Shown: in pieces, positions 10,676 through 22,113 of the stretch
How positions within the stretch are numbered: position 1 is the stretch's first letter
Layout of the letters: the number at the start of each line of letters is the position of its first letter
Source of the DNA: Raillietiella orientalis
Taxonomy: Eukaryota
Length of the DNA: 64,000 nt
Direction of reading: 5' to 3'
NCBI GenBank assembly: GCA_036172245.1
Contig: JAYWIR010000032.1
Location: 248,001-312,000 of the forward strand
Program-made: the position numbers and the translations under genes
Notes under the pieces: generated by a model
The model's database searches: none
What the model saw: only the letters and a program-made list of their open reading frames with translations
What the model was told of the DNA's origin: nothing

Positions 10676-12314
10676 TATGGCTGGGAAAGTGGCGTCGCGA
10701 CACCTGCCGCGGGGCAGGTGTCGGAAAGGTCCATCGGTACGAGGACGGAGGCCTCTTCAGGCGCCTGGGGTACCTGATCGGCCTCCATCCTCACCATCCC
10801 CTCCGTGTCCGAGCGTGGAATTCTCTCGGGCGACGGGTCCCGGGAGTTTCCCACGCTCATGGCACCCTCGCTACCGGAAGCCATCTCTTCCCCTTCGTCG
10901 GGGGAGACGATCTTCCGGGGCATTGTGGACTTTCGTCCTGCCTTTTTGCGGGGTGCCGCGGAGATGGATGCTGTGTTTCCGGCCTTCACCTCGGGATCGG
11001 AAGTGGCCGACTCCTGAGGGGAAGCCGGACGCCTGACGGCCTTCTTGCCAGCCTTGGGGGCAACCGGCTGCAGCGAGGCAGCCAGCTCCTCCGCGGCGCG
11101 CTCGAAGGCGACGTCATCGAGCGTGGGCTCGATGACGGACGCCGCCGCCTCTCTCCCCTCCTTCTTGACTTTGTCAACGGAGGGTTGAGCAGGGGCAGCA
11201 GCGAGTTCTTTAGCGCCGCATCCGTCGATGGCGGGAATCCGCTCTACAACGACGCAGCAGCTTTTAATTTTTTCGCGGCGCAGAGCGGTTTCGCTCCGTT
11301 TCGCCACGTTCTTTCCCTTCTTATGGGAGTTTTTCTTGGGGTCGACCTTCTGCCACCCTGGCTCTTGACCCTCGCCCTCGACCTTTTCGCCGTTTTTCGC
11401 CGAAGTCTCGGGGCTGGCCTTCGCCTTGGTGGCGGTGACCTCCTTAGCAGCAGCACGAGCTGCCAGCTTCTTTCTCTTTTTTGCCGCGCGCTTTCTCGCG
11501 TTTTTCGCGGACACGACGCGGACTGTGTTTTAAGGGCACACCAGACGGGTGTGCCCCGCTTGTTTGCATTGCTGGCACTGCACGCTCGGACACCTCATTT
11601 TAAGGTGATTAAAGCTGCTGCAGCAGCCGCAAAACTTGGGTTTCCCCACGTACCACACGTCAACGGATTCACCGTTGACGGTAAGTTTGTGGGGAAACTC
11701 ACATCCCTCGCGAACCGTCACTCGCGCTGTACCCAGGCCGCCAAGCACCCCGTCGTAATCGACAAAAGGAGTAGGCTTTCCGCACAGCGCGTGGACAGTT
11801 GCAAACTTTTCTAATTCGTTCCGGACGGCCTCCTTCGTCATCCGGAACGTGATACCGGTCAGGTGAATGATCACCGACCGGTCTTCAGTAATGGGGAGAA
11901 GCCTCTGGCTGCCCATAATTACGGGGGTTCGCAGAAGTCTCTGCGCAAGAGTTGCCTCCTTGCAGATAACTTCCACAAATTGACCCCCGCTTCTGACGGA
12001 CATAGCCAGAAGCTCCTCTTTTTGTACACCGAGAACGCGCATCGCCTGCGAAAAGGCGCGCGCGTTCTCAGGAGAATATAAACCGCCTACCTTATATAGA
12101 AGGGGTGGGTTATACCCCTCCTCCAGGTAAGCGCGCATTTCCGCCATAGCCGCTGGCGTAGGTGCCGCAGCCACGGCGTTCCAAGCCCTGGGTAGGGCCG
12201 GGGGCGCATCCATGCTGGCGGAAGCCTCCACTGATGCGGGAGCCCCCACCTCCATCTCCTCCGGGGCAATGAGGTCATCGCCCCCGGATCCTCACCGGTG
12301 GTGGTATCAGGCAT
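10675..12314 (-). pseudogene. M4 ORF1 gag-like protein (RRM-like region + 2 CCHC knuckles)
   Basis: CGCCSSFNHLKMRC and CQQCKQAGHTRLVC in ORF 11530..12255. An in-frame TAA is followed by ORF 10675..11514. The N-terminal ATG at 12314 is frameshifted. Confidence 0.88.
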
Positions 12315-12396
12315 TGCTGCCTAATCCTCCACCCACACCACGCACAAGCACCAACGGAAATGAAACTCAGGAGCAACGAAAAGACACGTCCGCTCG

Positions 12397-13322
12397 ACGC
12401 TCCGGAATCTCCAGGACTGGGACCTTTTTCAGGAATCGGTCTGCGAGTTCTGCGAGCAGTTCCCCCTGGATCGCCTGCTTCCCGGATTTGGCTAGGGTGT
12501 TCGCAACCATCGAGCCTATTTCCAGGTTCGTTGTTACGAGAGAACCCCTAATGTATGTCGCTTGGCCGAGTACCGCGCTGGGGCCGAACGCCAAGCCTGG
12601 CAAACCGGGTCGGCCAGCTTTCTGGACGACCAGGGCCGGGAATGTTCGTCCCCGGCGTCGGTACGGCATCTCGTGAGAAGATTTTATTCATGCCTTTACG
12701 TCAGGACGCCTCCGGACCAAGATGCCTCTCGGCGCTTGTTCCCGGATGGTACCCCGCCCATAGGGGAAGAGGAGTCCGTAAGCTTCGACGAGCCTTTCAC
12801 TTCCGTAGAAATTCTCGCCGCTATCAGGAGGCTCAAGAGGCGTAGGGCGTCAGGTGGGGAAGGCTTGCCCGCGGAGTTCTTTCAGTGCTTCGCGGAAGAT
12901 CTTGCCCCCCTGCTGCTCGTGTTGACAAGGCTGATCCGAGACGAAGGCGATGTTCCCGCCTCGTTTCGGTCAGCCAGAGTGAGGCTCCATAAGAAAGTGG
13001 GAGACCTCAGGAAATTGCACAACTGGCGTCCGATCACCATCGTGAACACGGACGCCAAGTTGCCTGCAGGATTATAGGCTTCGCGTTTGGGGCAGGTGGC
13101 AGAGTCCATAATTAGCCCGGAGCAGACTTATGCTGTTCCTGGGCGAAGTATGGACGCCAACCTTTTCTTCGCAAGCACGTGGATGCACCTGCAAAGGAGA
13201 GAAAAGAAAGGAAAAGGGAAAATCGGCAACCCCACATTGGTGCCGCCAACGGGGCTGGGAAGGAATCCCGGCGCGGGGAAGGGAGCCCTAGCGATCGCAA
13301 TCGATCTCCATAAGGCGTTCGA
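12397..13322 (+). mobile_element. P2 piece 2: EN-RT linker up to RT motif A (DLHKAFD)
   Basis: Continues TLRNLQDWDLF... from piece 1; ORFs 12562..13077 and 13087.. run to AIDLHKAFD. Starts with the right TSD of M4 and ends with the left TSD of M3. Confidence 0.9.
13312..13322 (+). repeat. Target-site duplication of M3, left copy (AAGGCGTTCGA)
   Basis: AAAGCGTTCGA at 18894-18904 (one mismatch). Confidence 0.75.
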
Positions 13323-13541
13323 TCTTCACCCGGATTTCGCCGGGGCGTATATTGTAGAAGAAACATTTACAAAGACGTTCGGTGGCTGGACCATTGCTCC
13401 AGCCACGCACGAAGAAATACAGAGACTGCCGGGTCACCGGTTCGCAGACCGGTACGGTCCACCACGGCAGCAGGGGGAAAAGGGAAAAAACAAAAAACAA
13501 AACAAAAAAGAAAAGAAAAGTTGGGAGGGTAAGGGAAGGGA

Positions 13542-16500
13542 TCACAGTTGCTGGTGGGGCCGTTGCATCCTTTGCAGGATGCCGGCAAGCTCCTTCTGTA
13601 TTCCTGGATCCAGGTGGGACCATCGGGACGCCCTCCTCAGGAAGTGGGAGGCTGGCTGGATGGCACCCTGGTCGCGTTGTCCTCCCGTAGCCTTGCTCCA
13701 AGCGGTGACGATCCCGCGTAGGCAGCACAAAGCTGCTAACGATGCCGCTGGCCGAAGGGCGTCGGCAACGAAGAGGGCTTTCAGTGCGTCCCTGGAGTTG
13801 CCGCATGGGATTCCGATGGCCGCGGCAAAGCGAAACCAAAGGGGCCGAAAGGCAACACAATCCACTAGCAGGTGGGGGAGGGACTCCCGTTCCCCACACC
13901 TGACGCAATTGGGGTCCACCGCACCCCAGATCCAGTGGTGTCGACGGGCGTTGCAGGGGAGTCCCCAGTGCTGCAACAGGAGAGCCGACTCCTGCCATTT
14001 TGAGGGAAGGGCGGAAGTGTTCATGTGCACCGGGGGCCACTTCAGATGTTCAATGGGAACATCGAGCAGCGCGCCCCAGCGCAGAAGTCCATTGGGAGGC
14101 GTACTCGGGGACGCAGCGTCTGTTAACTGGCCCGTCTTCCACTCTAATGTCTTCTTCTTCTTTCCGGAGATTGTAACTGAAACCTCCCACTTCGCCGCAA
14201 CATCGCTGTCCAGATCATCCATCAGGGAGGGCAGCGCAGCAGCGAGGGGGGTTCTTCCTGCCCACGCTCTCTTCTTTGGATCCTCCAGGATCTCGCGGAG
14301 CGTGCAACTTCTGTAACCCCCAAACAGGAACCTTTGTTCCTGTTGGGAGCGTTGCATGCCGAACTGTCCCCACGTTCGAACGGTTTCCTGCAACCAGGCA
14401 CTACCGTTCAACAGGCGACAGGTGAGCAATCGTGGGTTTTTGCGATATAGCGTAGCCACCCTCCGTAGCTGGAGTCCGCATCGGTTGACGCAGCGACGGA
14501 GTGCAAGAAGCGACGTCAGTCCCGTCTTGCCGATAGCTTGCTGGAGAAGGAGACGTGCAGGGACGCACCAACAGGTGCACCACAACTCTGCAACGAGTGC
14601 CGACAAGCGGAACTGCAGCTGAAGCTCCAGCCGCTCCAGCGTCAGGATGCTCAGACCACCATCCCGACGAGAAGCGCACAAGTCCTTTAAGCGGACTCGG
14701 GCCCTCCCGTTGCCCCAAAGGGGGATACGGAGGAGGTCCTTAGTCCGCTTTTTGATCCTCTCTGTGACGGGGCAAACAAAAAGCAGGGAGCGGAGGAAAA
14801 AAGCCGCGAACGTGTTCCAAACCGCGGCCCGTTCAGGCAGGAAAAACCTGCCGCCTCGAAACGGGCAGATCGCCGCCTGAGCCTTCTGAAGGCAGCCGGA
14901 CCACGCTTCCGCAGGGAAATAGTCCCCAACGGTACACCAAGGTACTTGAAGTACCCCACCGTGGGGTTCCCCAAACGGACTCAGTCCTGCTGCCCTGCCC
15001 ACGGCGCACCAACTGGCATCACGGACGCCTTCACCCTGTTCACCGTAAGTCCGGTTCCCCGATGCAGCAGGTCGAAGAACTCCTAGACCGCCGCAGCCGT
15101 GGTGGACATGGGGAGCAGCAGCAGAAGGTCGTCCGCGTATGCTGAAACGGCCGGCGTACCCGCACAGTCGTGCGGCAGGTGCGCCAGAGTTCCCCTGTAC
15201 GCACTCAGTACCAGCTCAAAGTAGGTACTGAAGAGCAACGGGCTCAGGCTGTCTCCCAGCCGGATCCCACGCCGCACCGGCACGCCGTGCACGGTCTGCC
15301 CGCTAAAAGTAACCTTGATGAGCGCGTCGCGCCAGCTAGAGCGCAGATAGGCCACTAATGAGGCCGGGAAGCCCAAGCGTTCCAGAAGCTCCAGAAGGAG
15401 ATTCTGGTCGACGCAATGGAATGCTTTACGTAAGTCGATTGCGACCGAAAAGGCTCCCTCCCCCACCCGACCATCCAACCCCCTGCCGGCGCACGCACCA
15501 AAATTCCGGCTGCGCACCAAGCTCCTTTGATGTTGGAGCTCTAGCCAGGTGGAAGCGTGGAACAGGTTCGCCTCCATGCTTCGCCCGGGAACAGCATATG
15601 TCTGTTCCGGGCTGATGAATATGTTGGCAACCCGTCCCAGACGCTCTGCCCACACCTTTGCTGGCAACTTGGCGTCCGCTTTCACTATTGTGATGGGACG
15701 CCAGTTGTTCATGCTCCTCAGATCTCCTCCCTTAGGGAGGAGCCGCACCTTTGCCGAACGAAACGAGGCGGGAACGTCGCATGTTTCGCGTATCAGCAAG
15801 GTGAGTTGCTGTACCAAAGGGGTAAGCTCAGCCGCGAAAGTTTGATGAAACTTCGCGGACAGGACGTCCTCCCCTGGAGCCTTTCGCCTCTTGAGCTTTC
15901 CGATGGCCGAGAGGATCTCGTCCATCGTAAAAGGCTCGTCGAGGGTCTTTCTCTGCTCCTCCTCGATCGCTAGAGCGCCTTCCGGAAGCAGGAGTCGTGA
16001 GATGTTGCTCTCCGGAGGTGCCCTGGCATACAGGGAGGAGCAATTACTCCGCAGCAGGCCGCGGATTTGGGCAGGTGCCGAGCGCTCCTGGCCCTGATCG
16101 TCCAGTAAGCTTGCCGATCCGGACTGCCAGGCTTGCCTCTGGGCTCCCGCTTTGTATTCCGCCATCCTGCCGATGTCGGGGGTCCTGGCGTAACGACGGG
16201 CCTGCAGGTAGGCTCGTTCGTTACGGACCACGGTCCCAAAACCCGTAGGTAGGCGGTGCAGAGGGAACTGGTCGCAGAACTCCTGGACCGACCGGTTGAA
16301 GCGGTCCCAATCCTGTTGTGTCTGCAGCCTGACGCTCCGTATGGACGTGCGGAGATGTTGCGCCGCGTCCGGGAGCTTCAGCCAGTCCCCTGGGAAACGC
16401 CACGCTGACGAGGGGGGGCCCCTGTCGCGCGGATGGATCTCGAGGACTAGCGGGCGATGGTCGGACAGCTCGCACGGTAACTTGCCGCGCCTGCCCACGC

Positions 16501-17122
16501 GAGGGCACAGGTGCTCGTCAAGAAACACGTGGTCAATGCTGTCTTCCATCCCCGGTGCACTGGCCAACAAATTACAGGTGTGCACCGCCATGCACACGTC
16601 GTTGACCAGGTCACTCTCGGGATTCTGCTCATCTGGTTTCAGGCGAACGTTGAAATCGCCTGCAACCAGATGGGCATTCCGCACGCCTGCATCGGTCAGC
16701 CAGTCTCGCCGGAGGGCAAGGAAAAACTCTTTCCTCGCGCTCCTGTTCATCAGGTGCTTGCCGCTCGGTGCGTACACGTTCGTGACGATCAGATCGATCG
16801 AGTCGAACCACCTGAGGGTCAGCTGGCCGACACGACCGTGATCGTCGAACCGCACGCCCCGAGCCGCGGTCTCGACGGCTGGCCGAAGCAGGTAGGCGAC
16901 ACCGCAACTTTTCGCTCTTCCACACCTGTACCATAGCCGCCCTCCGGAGATCCGTTCGATCTCTTGCGCTTGTTCTGCAGAGATCACGTGGATGTCCTGC
17001 GGCAGCGCAAGGTCGTAGGACTCCAGAAGGGCGGATATGTCTCGTCTCCTGACGGCGTCTGTCATGCCGTTCACGTTCCAAACGGCGATGCGCAGACGAC
17101 GGCGGGAGGAGATTCCCGGCAT
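13542..17122 (-). pseudogene. M3 ORF2 (EN-RT-CCHC), with stops and a frameshift near 15.0 kb
   Basis: ORF 15083..17122 (679 aa, EN through YADD) and ORF 13542..15002 (CVRCGERESLPHLLVDC). Confidence 0.93.
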
Positions 17123-17136
17123 TACTGCTGGGAAGA

Positions 17137-18798
17137 TTAAGGTGTGGGGGAGCCCTCCTCTTGCGAGGCAGGCGAAATGTCCATGGGGGTTTCGGCCTTC
17201 TCAGGCACCTGAGGCACCTGTTCGGCCTCCACCCCCTCCATCCTTTCCGTGTCCGCGCGTGGGAGTCTCTCGGGCGACAGGTCCCGAGAGTTTCCCACGC
17301 TCATGGCTCCCTCGCTTGCGGAAGCCATCTCTTTCCCCTCGACAGGGGAGATGGACTTCATCGGCTTTGTGGACTTACGTCCAGCCTTCTTGCGCGGTGC
17401 CGTGGAAACGGAGGCTGCTCTTCCGGCCTCCACCTCGGGGTCAGAAGTGGAGGACTCCTGAGGGGAGGCCGGACGCCTTACGGCCTTCTTGCCAGCCTTG
17501 GAGGGTTCTGGCTGCAACGAGGCTGCCAGCTCCTCCGCGGCTCGCGCGAAGGCTGCGTCATCGATGGTGGTGTCGATGACCGACGCCGCCGCCGGCTCGC
17601 TTCCCTCGCTGTTGACAGTGTCAACAGAGAAGAGGTCGTCGGTAGCGGCGAGTTCTTTCCTGCAGCGTTCGGCAACATCGAGAACACGTTCGACAACGAC
17701 GCTGCACTCTTTAATTATCGCGCTACCCTGCTCTTCCTTCTTTTGTTGGTAGGCGATTTTCTTTTCCATCCTCCTCTCCTTCTTTGATTTTTTGGCCGTT
17801 GCCACTTGCCACCCAGTCTCCTGGCCGGCTCCCTCAACTTTTTCGGCGTTGGTCGCCGGGGTCACGGGTGCGGCCTGGGTCTTGGGCGCGGGTGGTACAG
17901 CCTTCGCGGCAGCTTTCGCCGCCAGCCCTTTCTGCAGAAGCCGGGCGCGTTTTTTAAGGTTTCTCTTGGAAACCACCCGCACTGCTGCTTTTGGGCACAC
18001 CTCCCTCGTGTGGCCCATTGTGCCGCATACTTGGCACTGCACATTGGGACACCTCTTTGTAAGGTGGCCTGACGTATTGCAGAAGCCACAGTATTTCGGC
18101 TTCCCCACATACCAGAGGTCGACGGTTTCGCCTTCGACCACCAGTTTGTGGGGAAGAGTGCAGCCCTCCCGAACGGTCACGCGCGCAGCAGTAAGGCCGT
18201 GTTGCAGCCCCGTGTAGTCCTCGAAAGGACTAAATTTCGTCCATTGCGCGTGGACCGTTCCAAACTGTTCGAAAGCGGCGCGAACCTGTTCTTTGCGCAT
18301 TCGCGCGGTCACGCATAACACGTGGACCACCATGCTGCGGTCCGCCGTAGTGGGGAGAAGCCTACGCGTGCCCATCACAACGGGGGTTTTAAGCAGTCGT
18401 TGGGCCAGCTCTGCATGTTTGCAGATGACCTCAACGTACTGACCCCCGCTGCGGATGGTCATAGCGCTGAGCTCCTCCTTTTTCACATCGAGAGCGCGCA
18501 TAACCTTCGAGAAGCCGCGCGCGCTCTCTAAAGAATATAAATTGCCTACCTTGTAGAACAATGAGGGGTTGTACCCCTCCTCTACATAGGCCGACAATTC
18601 CGCCGCGGCTGCAGGCGATGGCGCCGACACAACGGCGCTCCACGCCCGCGCTGCAGCGGGGACCGATTCTGTGGGGGCGGATGCCCCCACCTCCATCGCC
18701 TCTGAGGGTGAGGTTGCCGCCGCCCCCTGGCTCTCCATCGCCTCTGGGGGCGGTGTTTCCGCTGCCCCCTGGCCATCTCTGGTGGTCCCGTCAGGCAT
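17137..18798 (-). CDS. M3 ORF1 gag-like nucleic-acid-binding protein, nearly intact (RRM-like + 2 CCHC)
   Basis: Open frame from MPDGTT; CGFCNTSGHLTKRC and CQVCGTMGHTREVC. It stops 5 codons before the conserved TAATG. Confidence 0.85.
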   Translation of the reverse strand: MPDGTTRDGQGAAETPPPEAMESQGAAATSPSEAMEVGASAPTESVPAAARAWSAVVSAPSPAAAAELSAYVEEGYNPSLFYKVGNLYSLESARGFSKVMRALDVKKEELSAMTIRSGGQYVEVICKHAELAQRLLKTPVVMGTRRLLPTTADRSMVVHVLCVTARMRKEQVRAAFEQFGTVHAQWTKFSPFEDYTGLQHGLTAARVTVREGCTLPHKLVVEGETVDLWYVGKPKYCGFCNTSGHLTKRCPNVQCQVCGTMGHTREVCPKAAVRVVSKRNLKKRARLLQKGLAAKAAAKAVPPAPKTQAAPVTPATNAEKVEGAGQETGWQVATAKKSKKERRMEKKIAYQQKKEEQGSAIIKECSVVVERVLDVAERCRKELAATDDLFSVDTVNSEGSEPAAASVIDTTIDDAAFARAAEELAASLQPEPSKAGKKAVRRPASPQESSTSDPEVEAGRAASVSTAPRKKAGRKSTKPMKSISPVEGKEMASASEGAMSVGNSRDLSPERLPRADTERMEGVEAEQVPQVPEKAETPMDISPASQEEGSPTP

Positions 18799-18893
18799 CG
18801 CTGCCTGATCGACCACCGAACCACACGATGCTTGCACTGGGAGACTTCCTGGCACGAGGAGCACCGAGAAAACACGTCCACCCTGAAGCACGC

Positions 18894-20955
18894 AAAGCGT
18901 TCGACAGCGTAAACCAGGACCTCCTTCTGGAGCTTCTGGGACGCCTAGGCCTTTCGACGCACCTCATCGCCTACTTGCGCTCCTGCTGGCGCCACGCGTT
19001 ATGCTGTATCTCTTTCAGCGGGCGCCACGTGTACGGCATACCCATACGGCGGGGTATCAGGCAGGGAGACAGCTTAAGCCCCCTGCTCTTCAGCATCTTC
19101 TTTGAGTTGGTGCTGAGGGCGTACAAGCTGACGCTGGCCAACCTGCCGAGCTCCTGCCCGGGAACACCGGCCGTGGCCGCCTATGCTGACGACCTTCTCC
19201 TGCTGCTGCCCATGTCCACCCCGGTGTCCAGGCTCGAGGACTTCTTCGAGCTCATCCGTCGGGGAGCGGACCTGAGCGTCAACAGGACGAAATCAACCGT
19301 TGTACCGGTTGGCTCTACGTGGGAGAGGCAGTCCGACTGGATCCGCCTGGGGATCCCCACGGGCAGGTGCTTCAAGTACCTCGGCGTTCCCTTGGGCGCC
19401 TTCTGTCCAGCAGAAGCGTGGTCGGACTGCCTTCAGAAGGCCGAGACTGCTCTGGGCCCGTTCCATGGCGGCAGGTGTCTCCTGTCGGAACGGGCCTTCG
19501 TGTGGAACAATTATGTTGCCCCTCTCCTCCGTCCCCTCTTTTTTGTTTGTCCCCCTCCCTAATCGGCTAAGCGTTGGACGCAACGCCTGTTGCGTAACGC
19601 CCTGTGAGGACCGGCGAGGTCCAGGATCCGCCTGAAGGACTTGGCGGCTCCTCGGCGGGATGCAGGATTGGCCATCCTGACGCTGGAGCGGATCGGACTG
19701 CTAGTGCAGTTCCGCATGCTGGCCCGTTGTGCGCAGCTCTGGACTACTCCCTGGTGTGCTCCAGCGCGGCTGCTGCTGCGGCGCTGCACGGGTGCCGACG
19801 GACTACGTTCGTTGCATCTGCGCACGGAGCGCGCCCAGAGAGGATTCGGTTTCCCTTTGAAGCAGCTCGCCACGCTTCTGGGAAAGCATGAGTGGATCTC
19901 CTGCCGAGCGACGAACTTCAACGCCTGGAAGCAGGAAGCCCTATCGTCCTGGGCAGCGCAACAGGATGTGTCCGGTTTGGAACTCCGTTACGTGAAACTT
20001 TCCCCATACTGTCCAGTGGGGGAGGTGCTGGGAGACCAGGACCAGTGGACACGCCTAGCCGCTACGCCACTCGCCGAAGCACTGTGTGCACTGATGGTGC
20101 GACATGACAGTGACCAGCCGGCGAGGTGGGAGATCACTTGCGAAATCGCAGGCGAAACCCGACTGCTGGGCGGCTGGCGGACTTGCGAAGTGGCAGATGC
20201 TGCCACACCTTGCATTCTTGCAAAGGGGCTTCTCCGGTGAAGTGAGCTCCTCGGGGTGCCCATCGATGAACTTGTGGTCTCTTCTACGTGTTTGGACGCG
20301 ACTCTCTTCCCCCTTCGGTGGAAGCAGGACGCTTTTCTGCTGGTGCATTGGGGTTTGTACTGCAACCAGCGGGTGCACCTGATTTCCGGGGGAGTTGCGT
20401 CCCCTAACTGTGCCAAATGCGGAGCGGTGGAATCGCTTCCGCATTTGCTGTTTGAGTGCTGTGCCTTCCAGGAGCTGTGGCGGCGGCTGTCTTCAGCGCT
20501 CCTGCACCCTGGACACACCGCACTGGATTGGATGCGCCGCTTCTACAAGTGTGGCGGACTTTCTCTTGGAGCGGTCTTCGCAATCATCTGCTGCGTCCGC
20601 GCCATTGTCAGGGCCCGCCACGTATTACAGATGCGAGCAGTCCCAACATCGGTCCCCGATACCGCAGCCTGCAACCTGCAAATGGCTGCCGGGTGGCCAC
20701 ATCTTGGAGCAGTAGAGGACGGAGATCGGCGGCATGCACCGCCAGTTCTGAGAATAGGAACGGTTAGACCGTATACCCCTGTCCCCGCCCTCCCACCCAA
20801 TTTATTTGTTTATTGTCCAACCCCCTCCCGTTCCGAACTCTCAGTTGCTCGGACTGCGTTCAGGGAAATCTGCTCCCCATTTTCTGTTTCCCTTGCCTGG
20901 GAACACAGTTCCCAGTTGATATTATAATAAACGTCCTGGCGCAACCGGGTAATAA
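18894..20955 (+). mobile_element. P2 piece 3: RT from KAFD to the 3' terminus
   Basis: KAFDSVNQDLL...QGDSLSP...YADD...KYLG; CAKCGAVESLPHLLFEC; ends AATAAACGTCCTGGCGCAACCGGGTAATAA. Confidence 0.9.
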
Positions 20956-22113
20956 ACGACAACGCTGCATTCTTTAATTTGCTCGCTTGCCTGCTCTTTT
21001 TTCTGGCGGTCCGCGAGCTTTTCCTCCATCCTCCTCTCCTTCTTTGATTTTTTGGTTGTAGCCACCTGCCACCCTGGCTCCTGGCTAGTTCCGTTGACTT
21101 GTTCGGCGTTTTTCAGCGCGGTCTCGGATGCGGACTTGGCCTTGGGCGCGGGTGGCGTAGCCTTCGCGGCAGCTTCCGCCGCCAGCCTTTTCTGCAGAAG
21201 CCGGGCGCGTTTTTTAAGGTTTCTCTTCGAAACCACCCGCACTGCTGCTTTAGGGCACACCTCCTTCGTGTGACCCATTGTGCCGCATACTTGGCACTGC
21301 ACGTTGCGATACAGCGTTTAGAGGTGGCCGGACGTATTGCTGAAGCCGCAGCATTTCGGCTTCCCCACATACCAGAGGTCGACGGTTTCGCCTTCGACCA
21401 CCACTTTGTGGGGAAGAGTGCAGCCCTCCCTAACGGTCACTTGGGCATCCGTGAGGCCGTGTTTCAGCCCCGTGTAGTCCTCGAAGGGACTAACTTTTGT
21501 CCACTGCGCGTGGACCGTTCCGTGTTCCTCCAACGCGGTGCGAACCTGTTCCTTGCGCATCCGCTCGATAACACCTAACAGGTGGACCACCGTGCAGCGG
21601 TCCGCCGTAGTGAAGAGGAGCCTGCGCGTTCCCATCACCACGGCGGTTTTAAGCAGTCGTTGGGCCAGCTCTGCTTGTTTGCAGATGACCTCAACGCACT
21701 GACCCCCGCTGCGGATGGTCATAGCGCTGAGCTCCTCCTCTTTCACATCGAGAGCGCGCATGCCCTTCGAGAAGCCGCGCGCGCTCTCTAAAGAATATAA
21801 ATTGCCTACCTTGTAGAACAATGAGGGGTTGTACCCCTCCTCTACATTGGCCGACAATTGCGCCGCGGCTGCAGGCGATGGCGCCGACACAACGGCGCTC
21901 CACGCCCGCGCTGCAGGGGTCACTGATTCTGTGGGGGCGGATGCCCCCACCTCCATCGCCTCTGGGGGCGACGTTGCCGTCGCCCCCTGGCCATCTCTGG
22001 TGGTCGCCTCAGGCATCGCTGCCTGATCGACCACGGAACCACATGACGCTAGCACTAGGGGAGACTTCCTGGCACAAGGAGCACCGAGAAAACACGTCCA
22101 CCCTGGAGCACGC
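20956..22113 (-). mobile_element. M2: 5' end and most of ORF1 of the M3 subfamily, interrupted by the 3' end of P2
   Basis: Near-identical by eye to 17700-18893; ORFs 21318..22115 and 20922..21302; breaks at KECSVV. Confidence 0.9.

Larger units (their letters stand above)
6882..12396 (-). mobile_element. M4: full-length L1/Tx1-like LINE (~5.5 kb) inserted antisense into P2
   Basis: Flanked by a perfect 17-bp TSD. The 5' end reads CGAGCGGACGTGTC; ORF1 and ORF2 are present; the 3' end reads AATAAACGTCCCGGCGCACCCGGGTTTCAA. Confidence 0.95.
13323..18893 (-). mobile_element. M3: full-length L1/Tx1-like LINE (~5.6 kb) inserted antisense into the RT motif A codons of P2
   Basis: 5' end GCGTGCTTCAGGGTGGACGTG; ORF1 and ORF2 present; 3' end AATATACGCCCCGGCGAAATCCGGGTGAAGA; the host reading frame resumes on the other side. 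Confidence 0.93.

Noticed and set aside
10417..14316. Long antisense or alternative-frame ORFs (e.g. 10417..11814, the tail of 13087..14316) as novel genes
   Set aside because: Shadow ORFs of GC-rich LINE coding sequence or read-through across junctions; no recognisable motifs.
18561..19562. Apparent 333-aa RT protein with a novel N-terminus
   Set aside because: Its N-terminus is the antisense of the M3 5' end, in frame by chance; it lacks the motif A aspartate.
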